In this document: positions 25,766 through 37,577 of the stretch, one piece after another | Layout of the letters: each line of letters begins with the position of its first letter | Numbering within the stretch: the stretch's first letter is position 1 | NCBI GenBank assembly: GCA_013265495.1 | Contig: MU058134.1 | Span: 124,001-166,605 of the forward strand | DNA: 42,605 nt | Reading direction: 5' to 3' | Source of the DNA: Vicugna vicugna | Taxonomy: Eukaryota | Program-made: the position numbers and the translations under genes | The notes under the pieces: generated by a model | Told to the model about the DNA's origin: nothing | Seen by the model: only the letters and a program-made list of their open reading frames with translations | Database searches by the model: none

Positions 25766-25970
25766 ACGGTGGGCCACCTGCACCTGCAGGGCACGGAGGA
25801 GAGCCCCAAGGCGAAGAGCCGGGGGAGCTTGCTGGACAGCCCCGACTCCGGGCTGCCCCCCAGCCCCACCCCAGCCCGCCCTTCTACTCCCTGGCGCTTG
25901 GCGTCCTCGAGGCCCGCGCGAGGGGGCGCGGGCGCCTCGTTGGAGCCCCGGAGCACCCCGGAGAAGCCAG
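25766..25970 (+). pseudogene. RFLNA: Disrupted first coding exon of Refilin A (RFLNA/FAM101A): pseudogene fragment or poorly assembled exon
   Basis: Two frames together give (T)VGHLHLQGTEESPKAKSRGSLLDSPDSGLPPSP / PSPPFYSLALGVLEARA / GGAGASLEP / EAR. This matches the recalled RFLNA N-terminus MVGHLHLQG..LLDSPDSGLPPSPSPSPPFYSLAPG. The start codon is ACG (25766-25768), indels lie at ~25869, 25921 and ~25949, and the exon ends CAG|GTGAGG at 25970. Confidence 0.88.
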
Positions 25971-26067
25971 GTGAGGCTGCTGTAAATATCCTAAGGTGCA
26001 CGGGACAGCCCCACTGCAAAGAAGCATTTGGCCCAAAACGTCAGCAGTGCTGAGGTTGAGAACTCCC
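25963..26067 (+). mobile_element. MER20 (hAT-Charlie) DNA transposon, 3' part only
   Basis: gaagccagg..gctgctgtaaatatcctaaggtgcacgggacagcccc..aaagaa..ggcccaaaacgtcagcagtgctgaggttgagaa resembles the recalled MER20 consensus end. Confidence 0.8.
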
Positions 26068-26547
26068 ACACTCGCCACATTTCAAGGGCTCAGTGTGCAC
26101 TCAGAGCTGGCGGCTGCATTATGGGCCAGCACAGACAGAGGACATTTCCATCCCTCACTGCTGACGTTTCCACTGGTAAGCTCCAGCCAAGGTGAGAGAG
26201 AAGATGTGAGGAAACGTGAGGTGAGGAAGAGCGAGAGGAGGGAAGTAAGATTCTTTTAAAACAGATTTCTCTGCATGGGTCACTGCAGATTACATCTTCC
26301 TTTTCCACAGACAGTCTGTAAGTGGCTTATGTGGCTGTCTTCTTATGTGAGAGGACTGACATCTTTTGAACAGAACACCTGTTTGGCCAGGCCTGTGTTA
26401 CGGGGTGGATGCCCTGGTCTTCTGGCTTCGAAGCTAGTGCCCATTCCACTCTGTCACACTGTCTCCCTCGAGAAAGTTTTTAAAGACTGAAGTAGTCAAC
26501 ATAGAACGTTTAGAAATAGGCCAAGTGTCAAAACTGGAAACAGTTTT

Positions 26548-26618
26548 TCTTTTAATTATTATTATTAAAGTATAGTCAGTTACAACAATGTGTCAATTTC
26601 TGGTGTACAGCACAGTTT
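26548..26618 (-). mobile_element. Very short L1 3' end
   Basis: ttattaaagtatagtcagttacaacaatgtgtcaatttctggtgtacagca, the same motif as the copies at ~36.8, ~37.3 and ~39.07 kb. Confidence 0.7.
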
Positions 26619-29349
26619 TGACATCTTAGTTTTCCATAGTCACTCTTGGAAGGAAAAGAAAGGTATTTTAAAAAATGAGATTCTTTGTCCTTTATCAAAC
26701 AATTATGGGACAATTATGAATCTTCCTAAATATACAGATCATGTTTGCATAAATATTTTTACTGGAACATCTCATTTCACAAGCGAAGACATCCCCCTGC
26801 TCCAACCCAACTCTAGTAGAAACGATAGATGAGTGATGCCACACTTTACAAAAAGTATTAAGTCATTTTATTTCTTCACGTTTGGAAAGTCCATTTCCCC
26901 CAGAGTAGTTTATGCAAATGCAGGTAACATACGTATGTGCCTTCATTTTCTTTAGTTTTCTGAAGCTTTCTTCGTTTCTTTCAAAAGAAAAGTTATGGAT
27001 GCCTTTAAACCTATACAGTTAAGCCATTTCAACCAAGTGAGCAATTTTGGAGAGGAAATCAAATTATACGATATTAAACCAGTTACGTGGAAACCCATTA
27101 TTCAACTTTGGCTAGTTTGTCATTTGAGTTCAATGAAAAACAAACCAGTCAAAATAGCAAGAAATATTAATTTAGGACACCCACAGAGTAACTCCTCACA
27201 ACCATTTCTGAGCAGCATTGTTGATACAGAAATGTTTCATTTTAGAGAACAAAGAAATGGGCTTCTTATATTTAACTATCTGGATGGTTGTGTTCTGCCA
27301 GTGGTTAAGACCCACGGCTGTTTCCAGCTCCACTTGCAGACAGAGATGGTCATTGTCATGAATTTCTCGAGACTTTATTAGGCACCTGGGGGGGGGGCTG
27401 TCTCTGAACAGCACCAGATGGGAAGTGATTTCCGGTGAAACGGTTACCATGCCTTTGTCTGAGGAGATCCTTGGGGATGCTGCCTTTCTGCTTTGAGAGT
27501 TGCAGACGGCATATGATCAATTTATGTGTTTATGTGTGATGACATGCTTTGGCCTAAAAATGATGCCTGTGAAACTGTGGAATTCATTATGTTACCAAAT
27601 ACTCGAGAGCTCCTTTCTCTTAACTCGTGTGCTGGCCGAGGGGTGCCAACTCCGGAGAGGAGATCTCGGCTCATTGACAGGTACCAAATTCATAGCTTTG
27701 GGATTCTGAAAAGTTCCTTTCTTGTATAGGATGTCCGGTAGTCCATGCACGCAACACTCAGTTTCTCCACTTCCCTCCATGGCCCACACATGCCTTTGAG
27801 ACTGAATTTGGCAAGAATGACTTACACTCAAAAAGGGGTTGAGGAAGTGAGCACTTGCTCTTGTGTTACACGGAGCTGATGGTGTGGAGTCAGGGCAGAG
27901 ATGGCTGCGTCGAGAGGTCAGATGTGCAGATGCTGCAGTTTGCCAGAGAAAGTCTGTTTGGAATTCCTCCATTGCTCCTGGGCTTCCTCTCATGTTAGGG
28001 GCAAGCCAGGGATTTTTGGGTGTGAATTACGAATTTCACACAAATGGGGCACGTGCCTTTTATTAGGAGCTCCTCTGGCCTAGAGGTTTCTGCTCATTGT
28101 TCGAGTCAGCTATGCCTTTGAGACCTTAAAAAGCAGACAAAGCAGTCCCATCTCTCCGTTAGCAGTATATGTTATTTTTAGGGATCATTTTTATTTTATT
28201 TGTGAGACTTGTTGACTTTCTAAGTCTGACCTAACGGGATCACAGAAATGCAATGCAAACCACAAAACAAAGTAGGCGTTTTTTAATTTCTAAAAAGAAT
28301 GAACAAGAGTAAGATTTTCACATTATAAGTTGGTTGAGACTTTGAGGAAATGCCCTCTGTACTCCCGCCACAGATAGGCTTATGGGTTCTAAGTCACCCC
28401 TTTCTGTCACAGAAAAGTGAAGGGGCTTCATGGGGTCTTCCCATGTCGAAAAAAAAAAAAAAAAAGAAAGAAAAAGAAATCCTGACCCTGAGTTTCTCGT
28501 TGTAAAGAAAAAAGCCCAAAGGTGGTTATGTTTGGTTTCTGGGGCCCTCCTGGGAAGCCTGTGATGTCTCCTTCACTGCTGGCGTTTGGATCGTGGTGAC
28601 AGGCTGAGTGGACGAAGCTGGCTGACACCTTGGGCAGAGACGCCGGGCAGACTTGGAACCCAGTTGGCTGGGTGGGGGTGGCTCCTGGCTGGCGGTGTCA
28701 AGCTCACCCAGCCTCCTTCACCCTCTCTCGGCCCCTGCTGTTCGGGTCTCCAAGGACCTGCACGTTCGGTCTTTCCATCTTACTTAAACGTTGACTGCAC
28801 TCAACCTGGAAAATGAATTAAGCATAATCTCTGTAGAGATTTGGAAAACTCAGCCAACACGATTGTTTTAAAATAGGAGTTAACTTTATTTTACATGTCA
28901 AGGCAGACCAGAACTCACTGTCTGTCTCTTAAAACTTCAAAAATACAACCAGGGAGGAGGGCAGTTTGGCTTCATGCCGCAGGGGAGCCCCTCGGAGCCT
29001 CCTTCAAGCTGACATCCCTGCCGATGTCGTCCTGGCTCTAGATGGTGACGCATCCGCGGGCTGCTCTGACTCTTTGTGCAAACCAGGGTTCTGTTTCTGA
29101 CAGAGTTTGGAAAGACCACCAGCCCTGTCTGACAGAGACGTTCCTTCTCCGTGAAGACTGTAGTAATGCTGAGCAGAAACGTGTAAAACCACCAAGTTGC
29201 AGTGTTCCCGCCCTTTTTGAAACACCATCATGTCATATGAAATCTCTTGTCAGTCTGTGATAAAGAACAATGAAATGTCATTCCCGATGACATCAATGAA
29301 CAGAGAAGAGAGCCAGATTCAGTGTTACGTGCCAGTTTTAAAAACATAT

Positions 29350-29612
29350 GAGACTCACAGACTTAAAGAAAAAAGTGTGGTTACCAGGTGGGAAAGAGCA
29401 AGATGGATAGATGAGGAGTGTGGGATTAACAGACACACCACTGTGGAAAAGGCAGATACACAACAAGGACCTGCTGTACAGCACAGGGAACTATATTCAA
29501 AATTTTACATATTTTGAACATATGTGAAATATGTATATGTGTAACTGAATTTCTTTACTGTACACCTGAAACTAACAATGCAAATCAGCTCTACTTCAAT
29601 AAAAAAATAAGA
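29350..29612 (+). mobile_element. Cetartiodactyl-type L1 3' end
   Basis: gactcacagact..gggattaacagacacac..caacaaggacctgctgtacagcacagggaactatattcaa..ctgtacacctgaaactaaca..acttcaataaaaaaa. Confidence 0.85.
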
Positions 29613-30618
29613 GTAGAAAAAATACATTAGGTTAGCGGTAGTTAGTGCACAAAGCATTAAGTAGCATTTACCAAACTAATACCAAAAAGTGAATTGATGG
29701 GGGTCACACAGTAACGATGTGAAGATAGGGGTTTTGTGTTAAAATCATGTTACATCACCTTTGTGTTTTTATGTTAAAAGACATCTCTGAAATAACAAAC
29801 AATTTCAGTTTTGAAATAGGTGGATGTATCTGTTTTGTACCATAATGTGTATAATAAAGTTAAATATTGCATTGATACTCCATAGTAAGAAATGTTTATT
29901 TAGTTATTTGCCTAATACGTACCTAGATACAGTTCTGACTTCTTTGTTGGTTCTGTTATTTTAGTAGATTTTATTTTCAGGTTCCCTAGAGCAGTTAAGA
30001 AGATGCATTTTCACTCTTGTTTTTTGCTTCTTGAAAGAATATGCATATTACTAAGGCCTGTTAGGCTGTCCTGCTCCATGAGGTCAGCCACCCCTCAGGT
30101 GATGAGTTTTCCTCTTACAGTTAGGATGTGACTTGTGTTCAAGTTGAAGACTCCAGGTGATGAATTACCAGATTGGTCAGCCCCTACATGAGCCGGTTTA
30201 GGGGGAGGGCATCTGGCTCTAAGCTCTTGTGCAGGGGACAGGCGTCAGCCCCTCTGCCCAGCGCACCTGGCTGACTCAGTGCAGCAGAGCTTATTAGCAG
30301 TGAATGGCTGACTCACCACGCTGGGAGCAGTGCACCACTGGCCCCGGCAGAGATCATAGAACTGACCTCCGGTCCCTTGACTGGGAATGCTCTGGGGTGG
30401 GTCGACTTCCCACTGCTTCAAGCCAAGCCTGAATAGACCAATCACGGGGACCTGGAATTTGTATGCACATCTTAGGACATGGGCAGCAGCTATATTCCAT
30501 GTATGTCCCCCAGGCCACTGAGAACCTGGCGTTTCCTGGTGTGCAAGTAGGTTTCTAAACTCTCTTTGGTGTGATGGTGTGGGTCCAAGTTTTAATTCTT
30601 TCTCATGTCAGGGGAGCC

Positions 30619-30686
30619 TGTGTGTGTGTGTGTGTGTGTATCTGTGCGTGTGTCTGTGTGTGTGTGTGTGTCTGTGTGTGTGTGTC
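30619..30686. repeat. Interrupted (GT)n microsatellite
   Basis: Directly visible. Confidence 0.95.
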
Positions 30687-30769
30687 TATGTCTGATTTCT
30701 CTGAGGAAGTGATTTTTTTTAAATGCAATTTAAGAAAATTTATTTCTGTCACTGCATTTTTTGAAATGC

Positions 30770-30840
30770 ACTTTTTTAATGGAGGACCTCATGCATAATA
30801 AGCATGCTCTGTACCTCTGAGCTGTACCCTCCCCACCCCC
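30770..30840 (-). mobile_element. tRNA-derived SINE (Vic-1-like), partial
   Basis: The reverse complement reads ggggagggtacagctcagaggtacagagcatgcttattatgcatgaggtcctcc; the B box is missing. Confidence 0.7.
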
Positions 30841-31689
30841 CATCATTGGATTTTTTGAATGGTCTTTTATACGCACATGATATATATACACATAACGTGT
30901 ATCATCATAATATAAAATGTATATAAATGTTGCTTTATTTGACATAAAGTTGGTTTTTATAAGTGTGCAGAAGTATTTCCTAAGTCATAATAACAAGGAT
31001 GACTCACAGTGGGTCTGGGCATTTGGTCAGGTTTACATCCCTGCCCAGCACTGAAGCTTTATGGCTGTGTTCTTTTTTCCTGTGTTTTGAAATCAGCGGG
31101 AAATTACAATTAAGAAGATTAATTTAGCGCTGTGTCCCTCTGTAACAAGCGGAAAGGAAATGTAATTTGCACCTTTCTACAAATACCCTCTTATAATTTT
31201 TACATGACCCACTTTTCTAGAAAGAAATATATTCGAATGTTAAATATTTAAATTAAGCAATTTTCCATCATAGAGATGAAAGCATCTTTCCTTGAAGTAA
31301 ATTATTTGACCTTTTATTATATGAGTCAAATGATAAAAAATAGAATTACTAGTGAGAATCGAGTATTTAACCTCTCTCTTGTGGAAGTGACATTCTCTTA
31401 TAGGTAGAGAGAACGTATCTCCCTTGATATCATGTAATGCATGACAAATATTAAATACTATGAGAAGGAATTTTCCCCTTCCTGTGGCACAATGTGTGGA
31501 GGGTGGTAAATACTTAGTTAATGAATGATTTCTGACATCTAATGTATTCTCATGTTTACTTTAAAAGGATTCGTTCATTCATTCATTTATTCGTGCCTTC
31601 ATTGAAGAATGCTCATTTGAGCACATAATCCTGTGCCAGATGCTCTGTATATAGATACAGAGTCCACCCTCGTGGAGTGTGTCTGTTGA

Positions 31690-31925
31690 GGAATGACGAC
31701 CACAGTCAGGCGACTCAACATGTCCACTGCCTCACATAGTTTTACCTTTCAAGGTGGAAGGTGAGAACATTTAAGATGTGTTCTCTTGGCCACTGTCCAG
31801 GGCACAGGACAGTGTTGTCAGCGACAGTTGCTGCGCTGTGTGTTAGATCCCTGGAGCGATTCCTCCTAGAGCCAAAAACCTGTTCCCTGGGCCCACCGTC
31901 ACCTGTCCCCTTCCCTGAGACTTGC
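31690..31925 (-). mobile_element. L1MA-like 3' UTR fragment
   Basis: cctcacatagttt..gtgagaacatttaagat..tctctt..gttagatccc..ga resembles recalled L1MA8/9-type 3' ends. Confidence 0.6.
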
Positions 31926-32159
31926 TCTTTTCAGCGCTGCAACTCTCCTGCCTCAACCCCAAGCTTCTGGATCGGAGTGTTGGGTCCAACAGTTGGGATA
32001 TGGGTAGGACAAGGGAAGGTAATGGCTCCTGCGAAGTCAGCTCACCTTTCCTGGGTCGGTGGTGTTCAGGAAGCTGGTGCCCTGCACTTTGGTTTACAAC
32101 ACTAATTCTGCCCCTGCACACCTAGAGGGTTTCATTGCTGGTGCTGTCATTTCAGGGAC

Positions 32160-32330
32160 CCAGTGTGCTTGGCAGTGCTAAGCACTTTGCAGGTGTTAAC
32201 TCACTTGGATCCCACTGCAGTCCTGTGACACAGTTAGTCTTCTTTCCCCAGCTCTACACACAGCAGGTCTGGGGGACACAGGACCTGAATCCAGCACACC
32301 TGGCTCTGCAGTCCGTTCTCTGAGCTCCAC
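32160..32330 (-). mobile_element. MIR SINE fragment
   Basis: ggcagtgctaagcactttgcaggtgttaactcactt.gatcc..cacacagc..tgaatccag..ctggctct. Confidence 0.65.
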
Positions 32331-32949
32331 CCTCTGCTGCCCCTTCACAGCTGCGGTCTTGCCCTTCTGACCCAGGTAGGATTTGGGGCAGTGCCTTCTG
32401 GAAGGAGACTGGTCCTTTCTGGTCTTTGGCAATGCAAATCCTTAAATTCCTCCCCCCTCCCCACCCTGCAAAGAAACCCATGACATGCTGTATCAGATAG
32501 ACTCTGCAGTGCAGGAGAGTGGACCAGGGATGGGGCCCGCGTTACAGCATCTCTTGGTCTCCTCCTGCTATGTTGGCCAAGTCCCCGAGCCATGTGCAGT
32601 CTCTGGACCTCTGGTGTCCTGTTTGAGAAGTAAAGTGTTGTGATGAGAAGCTCTCCCGGGTTCTTCCTCTAAGATTAAGGATGAAGTTCTAAAACTTGTG
32701 TGAAATGAAGAGAATGTCACTTGTGCAGTACAGGAAGCCCTGAATATTTTATAAAGCAAACATAAACTTTTTTTCTCTTCAATTTAGGTGTGAATTTTGT
32801 TAGATACATGCTTAAAGTTTGAGGGAAAATTTCAGTGACTCTGCACATCTGAGGGGCAGGGCAAGGTGAAGGACTGGACAGAGTGTATAATTTCCTTGGA
32901 ATTCTGTGCTTTTCAGCCCAAGGCCACGGATCATGGCTGGGATTTCTGT

Positions 32950-33249
32950 TCTGTTCTCATCTTGTATTGCTCCTTTGATCATTTCATAGTGTCTTCCTTT
33001 ATCTCTCTTTATGGCCTTTGTTTTAAAGTCTATTTTGTCTGATATGACTATTCCTAATTCTGCTTTCTTGTCATTTCCATTTGCGTCAAATATTTTTTCC
33101 CATCCTCTCCCTTTCAATCTATGTGTGTCCTTTACTCTAACGTGGGTCTCTCGTAGGCAGCATATTGTAGACTTCTGTGTTATTGTCCAGTCTGCTACTC
33201 TGTGTCTTTTGATGGGTGCATTTAGCCCATTGACATTTACAGTAATTAT
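32950..33249 (-). mobile_element. L1 ORF2 endonuclease N-terminal fragment
   Basis: Translates as IITVNVNGLNAPIKRHRVADW..ICCLRETH..LKGRGWEKIF.ANG..KKA..ISDKIDFK..IKRDK..HY.MIKG.IQ, the APE-like endonuclease start of ORF2p. Confidence 0.93.
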
Positions 33250-35210
33250 TCTCTATTCTTTCTGACTGGCCTGGAGCAGGATCTCTCTCTCCCAGGCGGT
33301 TCTTACCGAGTGTTGGCACTCGGCTGCTTGTTTGGGGCGGGGAGCGCGAGGGTGGACTGTGGCATGGGTGATACTGTCCGCTGTTGGGCACCTCTGGCCC
33401 TCATCCCAGGGCTCATAAGGTGAATGGAGCCAGTGAGAGTCGAATTTTTGAGTTATCAAGAAGTCCGGAGACTGAGAGGAAACATAGCGTTCAAGGGCAC
33501 TTATCAGGAGCCATGTGAATCTGCACGTCTTGGAGAGACGCCATTGTTTCATTCAGTACGAAATCAGCTTGTCCATTGGTACTTCTTGGGCCCTGCAGAG
33601 TGTAGACCGTTTCCTCTCAAGGTTCACACCGTGTCATAGACACCATATCATGCCTCCTAAATTCCTCAATCCTTCAATCCCTCTGTAACCAACTGTCATG
33701 ATACATCAATATGTTAAAAGTTAAAACTGGAGAACATCACAAGTTTGCAGATTTTCAGACTCCGTTTTATGTGCATGTGTCTGTAAATTTTCTGTCACCT
33801 CACAGTAGCAGCATTGTTTAAGTTTGTGTTGCAACATCTACCATATAGGAAAAAATAACTTAATATTGGTTTGGGAATCCCTGAATTGTTAATAGTGAAA
33901 AATGAACACTGGGTCCTGTACCTGTCAGTCTTTCAAATTTGTGAAAAAATGAACAAGGGAATTCCTCACGCTGGTACATACATATCAGAGACTATACAAT
34001 AAACTTGAAATGTATGACCTTTTTCTCTTCTTTCTTTTCTATGAGTTGGACTGAAGTTATGTCAGTATTTTCAGTTTTAAAGAATATCATCAAAGTCATT
34101 CACTTTGCCATATGAGCCCAGTAAATGTTGCTACCATTACCTGCTGTAATATTTTGAACGTCAAACTAAATGGCCATTTTATTTTTCCATATAGTAACTT
34201 CTCCAAGAGGAGAATTTTTAAAAATGTTTACCTCAACTGGGTCCCAACATTTCTGCACCTAAAATATCCACATCCTTATTGAGTAGTTTTAAGAAGGAAA
34301 AAATTTGCTATTTTAGGCTTCAGTAATTGTCTTAATGCATGCAGAGTACCAAAAAGCGCTGCTTCCTCTCACCACAGACTTGGAACCGAGGGCGAAGTCC
34401 CCTCCTGGGCGGGGACCGTCTCCCCACACCCCCGACCTGATGCCTCGTTCTGACTTCCAGTCCTCCCCGCCTCATTTCAGGCTCTTAGGTTTGTTCTGTA
34501 ACCTGAGTTTTCCAGGTGCTGTAATGAAAATTTTAGTCTTGAAAGAATTCCTCTTCTGTGTTGAAGGCAATACACACCTCCTCAAAAACACACAGAGAAT
34601 GGAATTGGGGAGGAAAGTGACACCCGTGGTTCCACGACTCAAACCTGAACATCGGGCGGCATTTCCTTCCCGTGATTTTTCTGGGAGCAGGAAGCCGTCT
34701 GGTACCAGTGGAACCTTGTTGCTGGTGGTTGAGGTGCTGTGGCTCAGGGACCAGCTCACATCTCCAGCACAGCTCACCCAGAGCCAGCTCTGGGAGCCAC
34801 TGGCTCCCTCTTTCCTGCCGCATTTATTCATTTGCATTTTTTTTTAAAGGAAGAGCTCTATCTTCAAACTTGTGTTTGTGTTCTCAGTGTGGACTCATGA
34901 ATTTGTACTTTCCTTGTCAAGGAAAATCAGAGCCGGACGGTTGCAGAAGGGCAGGTTGGGGGCTGGATGTGCTGTTTCTCTGATCTCCTCTCTGAGGCAG
35001 CGAAGCTGAGGTGGGGATGGCCTGTCATGTCTGACACTGGGCAGTCCCTCACCATCAGGGGAACGGGACCCCCTGGGCAGCACACCAATGCTGGCTTTTT
35101 ACTGTTTGATTACAGCGGCCACCACTCTTGGCTAGTGCTGGATTTTGGACTGTGGTTGGAGCCAATCCTTTATAAAAATCAAACAAGCAACAGAATCCCA
35201 AAAAGTCTCC

Positions 35211-35599
35211 TCTTCTGGGCTGAATCGTGTCTCCTCTCTCCCAGCTTGTATGTTGAAGGCCTAACTCCCAGGGCCTCAGAATGGGACTTTATCTGGGAAT
35301 GCGGTTTTTAAAGAGGAAATTGAGGTGAAAGGAAGTGAGTAGTGTGGGTCCTGATCCAACAGGACTGATGTCCTTTTTGGTAGAGATTAGGACACAGACA
35401 TGCAGGAAGGGAAGACCATGTGAGGACACAGGGAGGAGACGGCTGTCTACACAAGGACAGAGACCTTGGGAAAAACCAGCTGTGTAGACACCCTGATCTC
35501 AAACTTCCAGCCCCCAGGACTGGGAGGCAATAGATTTCTGTGGTTTAGTCCCCTCAATGTGTGTGGGAGGCAGTTAGGACAGCCCTAGCAAACCGACAC
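35211..35599 (+). mobile_element. MaLR solo LTR (MLT1B-like)
   Basis: tgggctgaatcgtgtc..tatgttgaag.cctaac..atgtgaggacacaggga..tgatctcaaacttccagcc..cagccctagcaaac. Confidence 0.88.
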
Positions 35600-36824
35600 A
35601 TCTTACAGCTTCTCACCTGGTTCATGTGTCTTACTGCTCTAACCTACAGCATATTGTTTAAAACTGTTTTCACAGTCACTACGGTATTTCTCTTGTCTCC
35701 TCTGCCTTCTCTTCAGCCTCCTGGCCTCTCCTGGTGTGGATCACTCTTGGGGCCACTGAAGTTCTCTTTGTTTTGATAAATGTAGAGTGAGGACTGACTG
35801 ACTGTGAGATACTCCCCCCTCTTCTAGGGCACGTCTGCATCTGGAGCTTGAAGCAGTTTGTGTCCTCAGCAGGATTGTAATACAATGTGGATTAAGGTAT
35901 CTGTATCTCATTGTTTTCTGCAGCGTTCTGGTGCATGCCTTTTACCTGAGCAATAGGAGCAGAAGAGGGGTGTACATCCGAGGGATGTACCCAGAGGGTG
36001 CTCGCAGGAACCCGGGTAGGAAGGCTTAGCCGCCTGCGTTGGGGAGCGGTCCAGTAGATGGAGGGGTTTGAAGGCTGCTCCAACGGTCTAGGGCACTGAA
36101 ATTCTGGCAGCCGGGTGAACAGGGTGTGGCAGAGTCATTGTAAAGGGTAACCCGGGAGAGTGAGTGCCATCAGGGTCAGTGGGCAGGACTTGTGGGTGCA
36201 GTCTTGTCCCCGTTATGTTGATGAGAACACTGAGGCAGGAAACGGCTACATGACTTGCCAAGTTCCCGTGGCGTTTCACAGCAAGGCATCGTACTACTCA
36301 GCCTGTGTTCTTGGCCAGCACTGCTGGACCCCGAATAGACCAGGGACAGGACCAGCCTTGCTGGAACATAAGGAGGGATTTTCTCCCAATCTGATGCCTT
36401 TGCAGAGACGCAGCTGGTATTTTCCTCACCTCAACTGGTATCTGCCAAGTGCTGCTCTTGGCAAGGTGCATGCTGGTGTCTGTGATAGCAGGGCTGGCTG
36501 TTGATTCTAAGATTCTGGGAATCAAAAGGGCTGTTTCACAGTTCGGGTTGCTCCACCGATGTCGGGGGATTGGGCTGAGTGACATCCCATCAGATAAAGC
36601 CACCCTCTCTGCTTCACCCTGGTCATGGACTTCCTACGGGAGATAAATGTGCCTCGTAGCCGCCAGAGCCCTGTTTTGCTGATGCTAGTGAAAGTCCTTT
36701 ATGAGATAAAGGAAAACAATTTTGAGGTCTCAGATTCTTTCCAGAGGTCAGAATTCCGCTGACAATTTCAGTTCATTTTATCTTTGTTTTTATGTTTTTG
36801 ATTATTACTAACTTAGCTGTAAGG

Positions 36825-37280
36825 GTTTTTAGTTTTTTGTATTTATTTTTATTGAAGTGTAGTCAGTTACATTGTGTCAATTTCTGGTGTACAGCACAAT
36901 GTCCCAGTCATGCATATACATACATGTATTCATTTTCATATTATTTTTCATTAAAGGTTATTGCATAATATTGAATATACTCCCCTGTGCTACACAGAAG
37001 AGATTTGTTTTTTATCTATTTTTATATATAGTAGTTAATATTTGCAAATCACAAACTCCCAAATTTATCCTTTCCTAGTCCCTTCCCCCAGTAGCCATAA
37101 GATTGTTTACTATGTCTCCAAGTCTGTTTTGTAGATGAGTTCATTAGTGTCTTCTTTTTTCTTTTTTTAGATTCCACATATGAGCGATATAATATGGTAT
37201 TTTTCTTTCTCTTTCTGGCTTCCTTGACTTAGAATGACAGTCTCTGGGTCCATCTACGTTGTTGCAGATAGCATTAATTT
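36825..37280 (-). mobile_element. L1 3' end
   Basis: Poly-T-like tail, then attgaagtgtagtcagttac..tttagattccacatatgagcgatat..acttagaatga..ggtccatc..gttgttgca (ORF2 end and 3' UTR). Confidence 0.9.
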
Positions 37281-37294
37281 TTAAAATTTTTTAA

Positions 37295-37500
37295 AATTTT
37301 ATTATTTTATTGAAGTATAGTCAGTTTACTGTGTGTCAGTTTCTGGTGCACAGCATCATGTTTCAGTCATACATATACGTACATAGATTCCTTTTCATAT
37401 TCTTTTCCATTGTAGGTCACTACAAGACACTGAATGTAGTTCTCTGTGTTGTACAGTATGAATTTGTTTATCTGTCTTATATGTAGTAGTTAGTACAGTT
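37295..37500 (-). mobile_element. Second, shorter L1 3' end
   Basis: ttttattgaagtatagtcagtttac..tttctggtgcacagcatcatgtttcagtcatacat. Confidence 0.85.
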
Positions 37501-37577
37501 CACATTCATATAGATTTGAGGAGCGCTGCTGTGTTCCTGGTCCCTGCTATATTGTAGGGAGGAGTTATAAATTAGAA

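Larger units (their letters stand above)
25410..25970. promoter_or_regulatory. CpG island (RFLNA-type 5' region and exon 1)
   Basis: Very GC-rich and CpG-dense stretch with sharp edges; GC-box-like gggcgg at ~25470. Confidence 0.85.

Noticed and set aside
25354..26019. Long Arg/Pro/Ala-rich ORFs on both strands (221 aa, 188 aa, 111 aa)
   Set aside because: They are by-products of a stop-poor CpG island and span the N gap. Only the RFLNA-matching segments are meaningful.
27530..27712. Possible C/D-box snoRNA (gtgatga..ctga)
   Set aside because: The boxes are far apart, with no terminal stem and no recognisable guide sequence.
34335..34847. 170-aa ORF and other 60-160 aa ORFs across the right arm
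   Set aside because: No recognisable domain or exon structure. Such lengths are expected by chance, and several overlap repeats.
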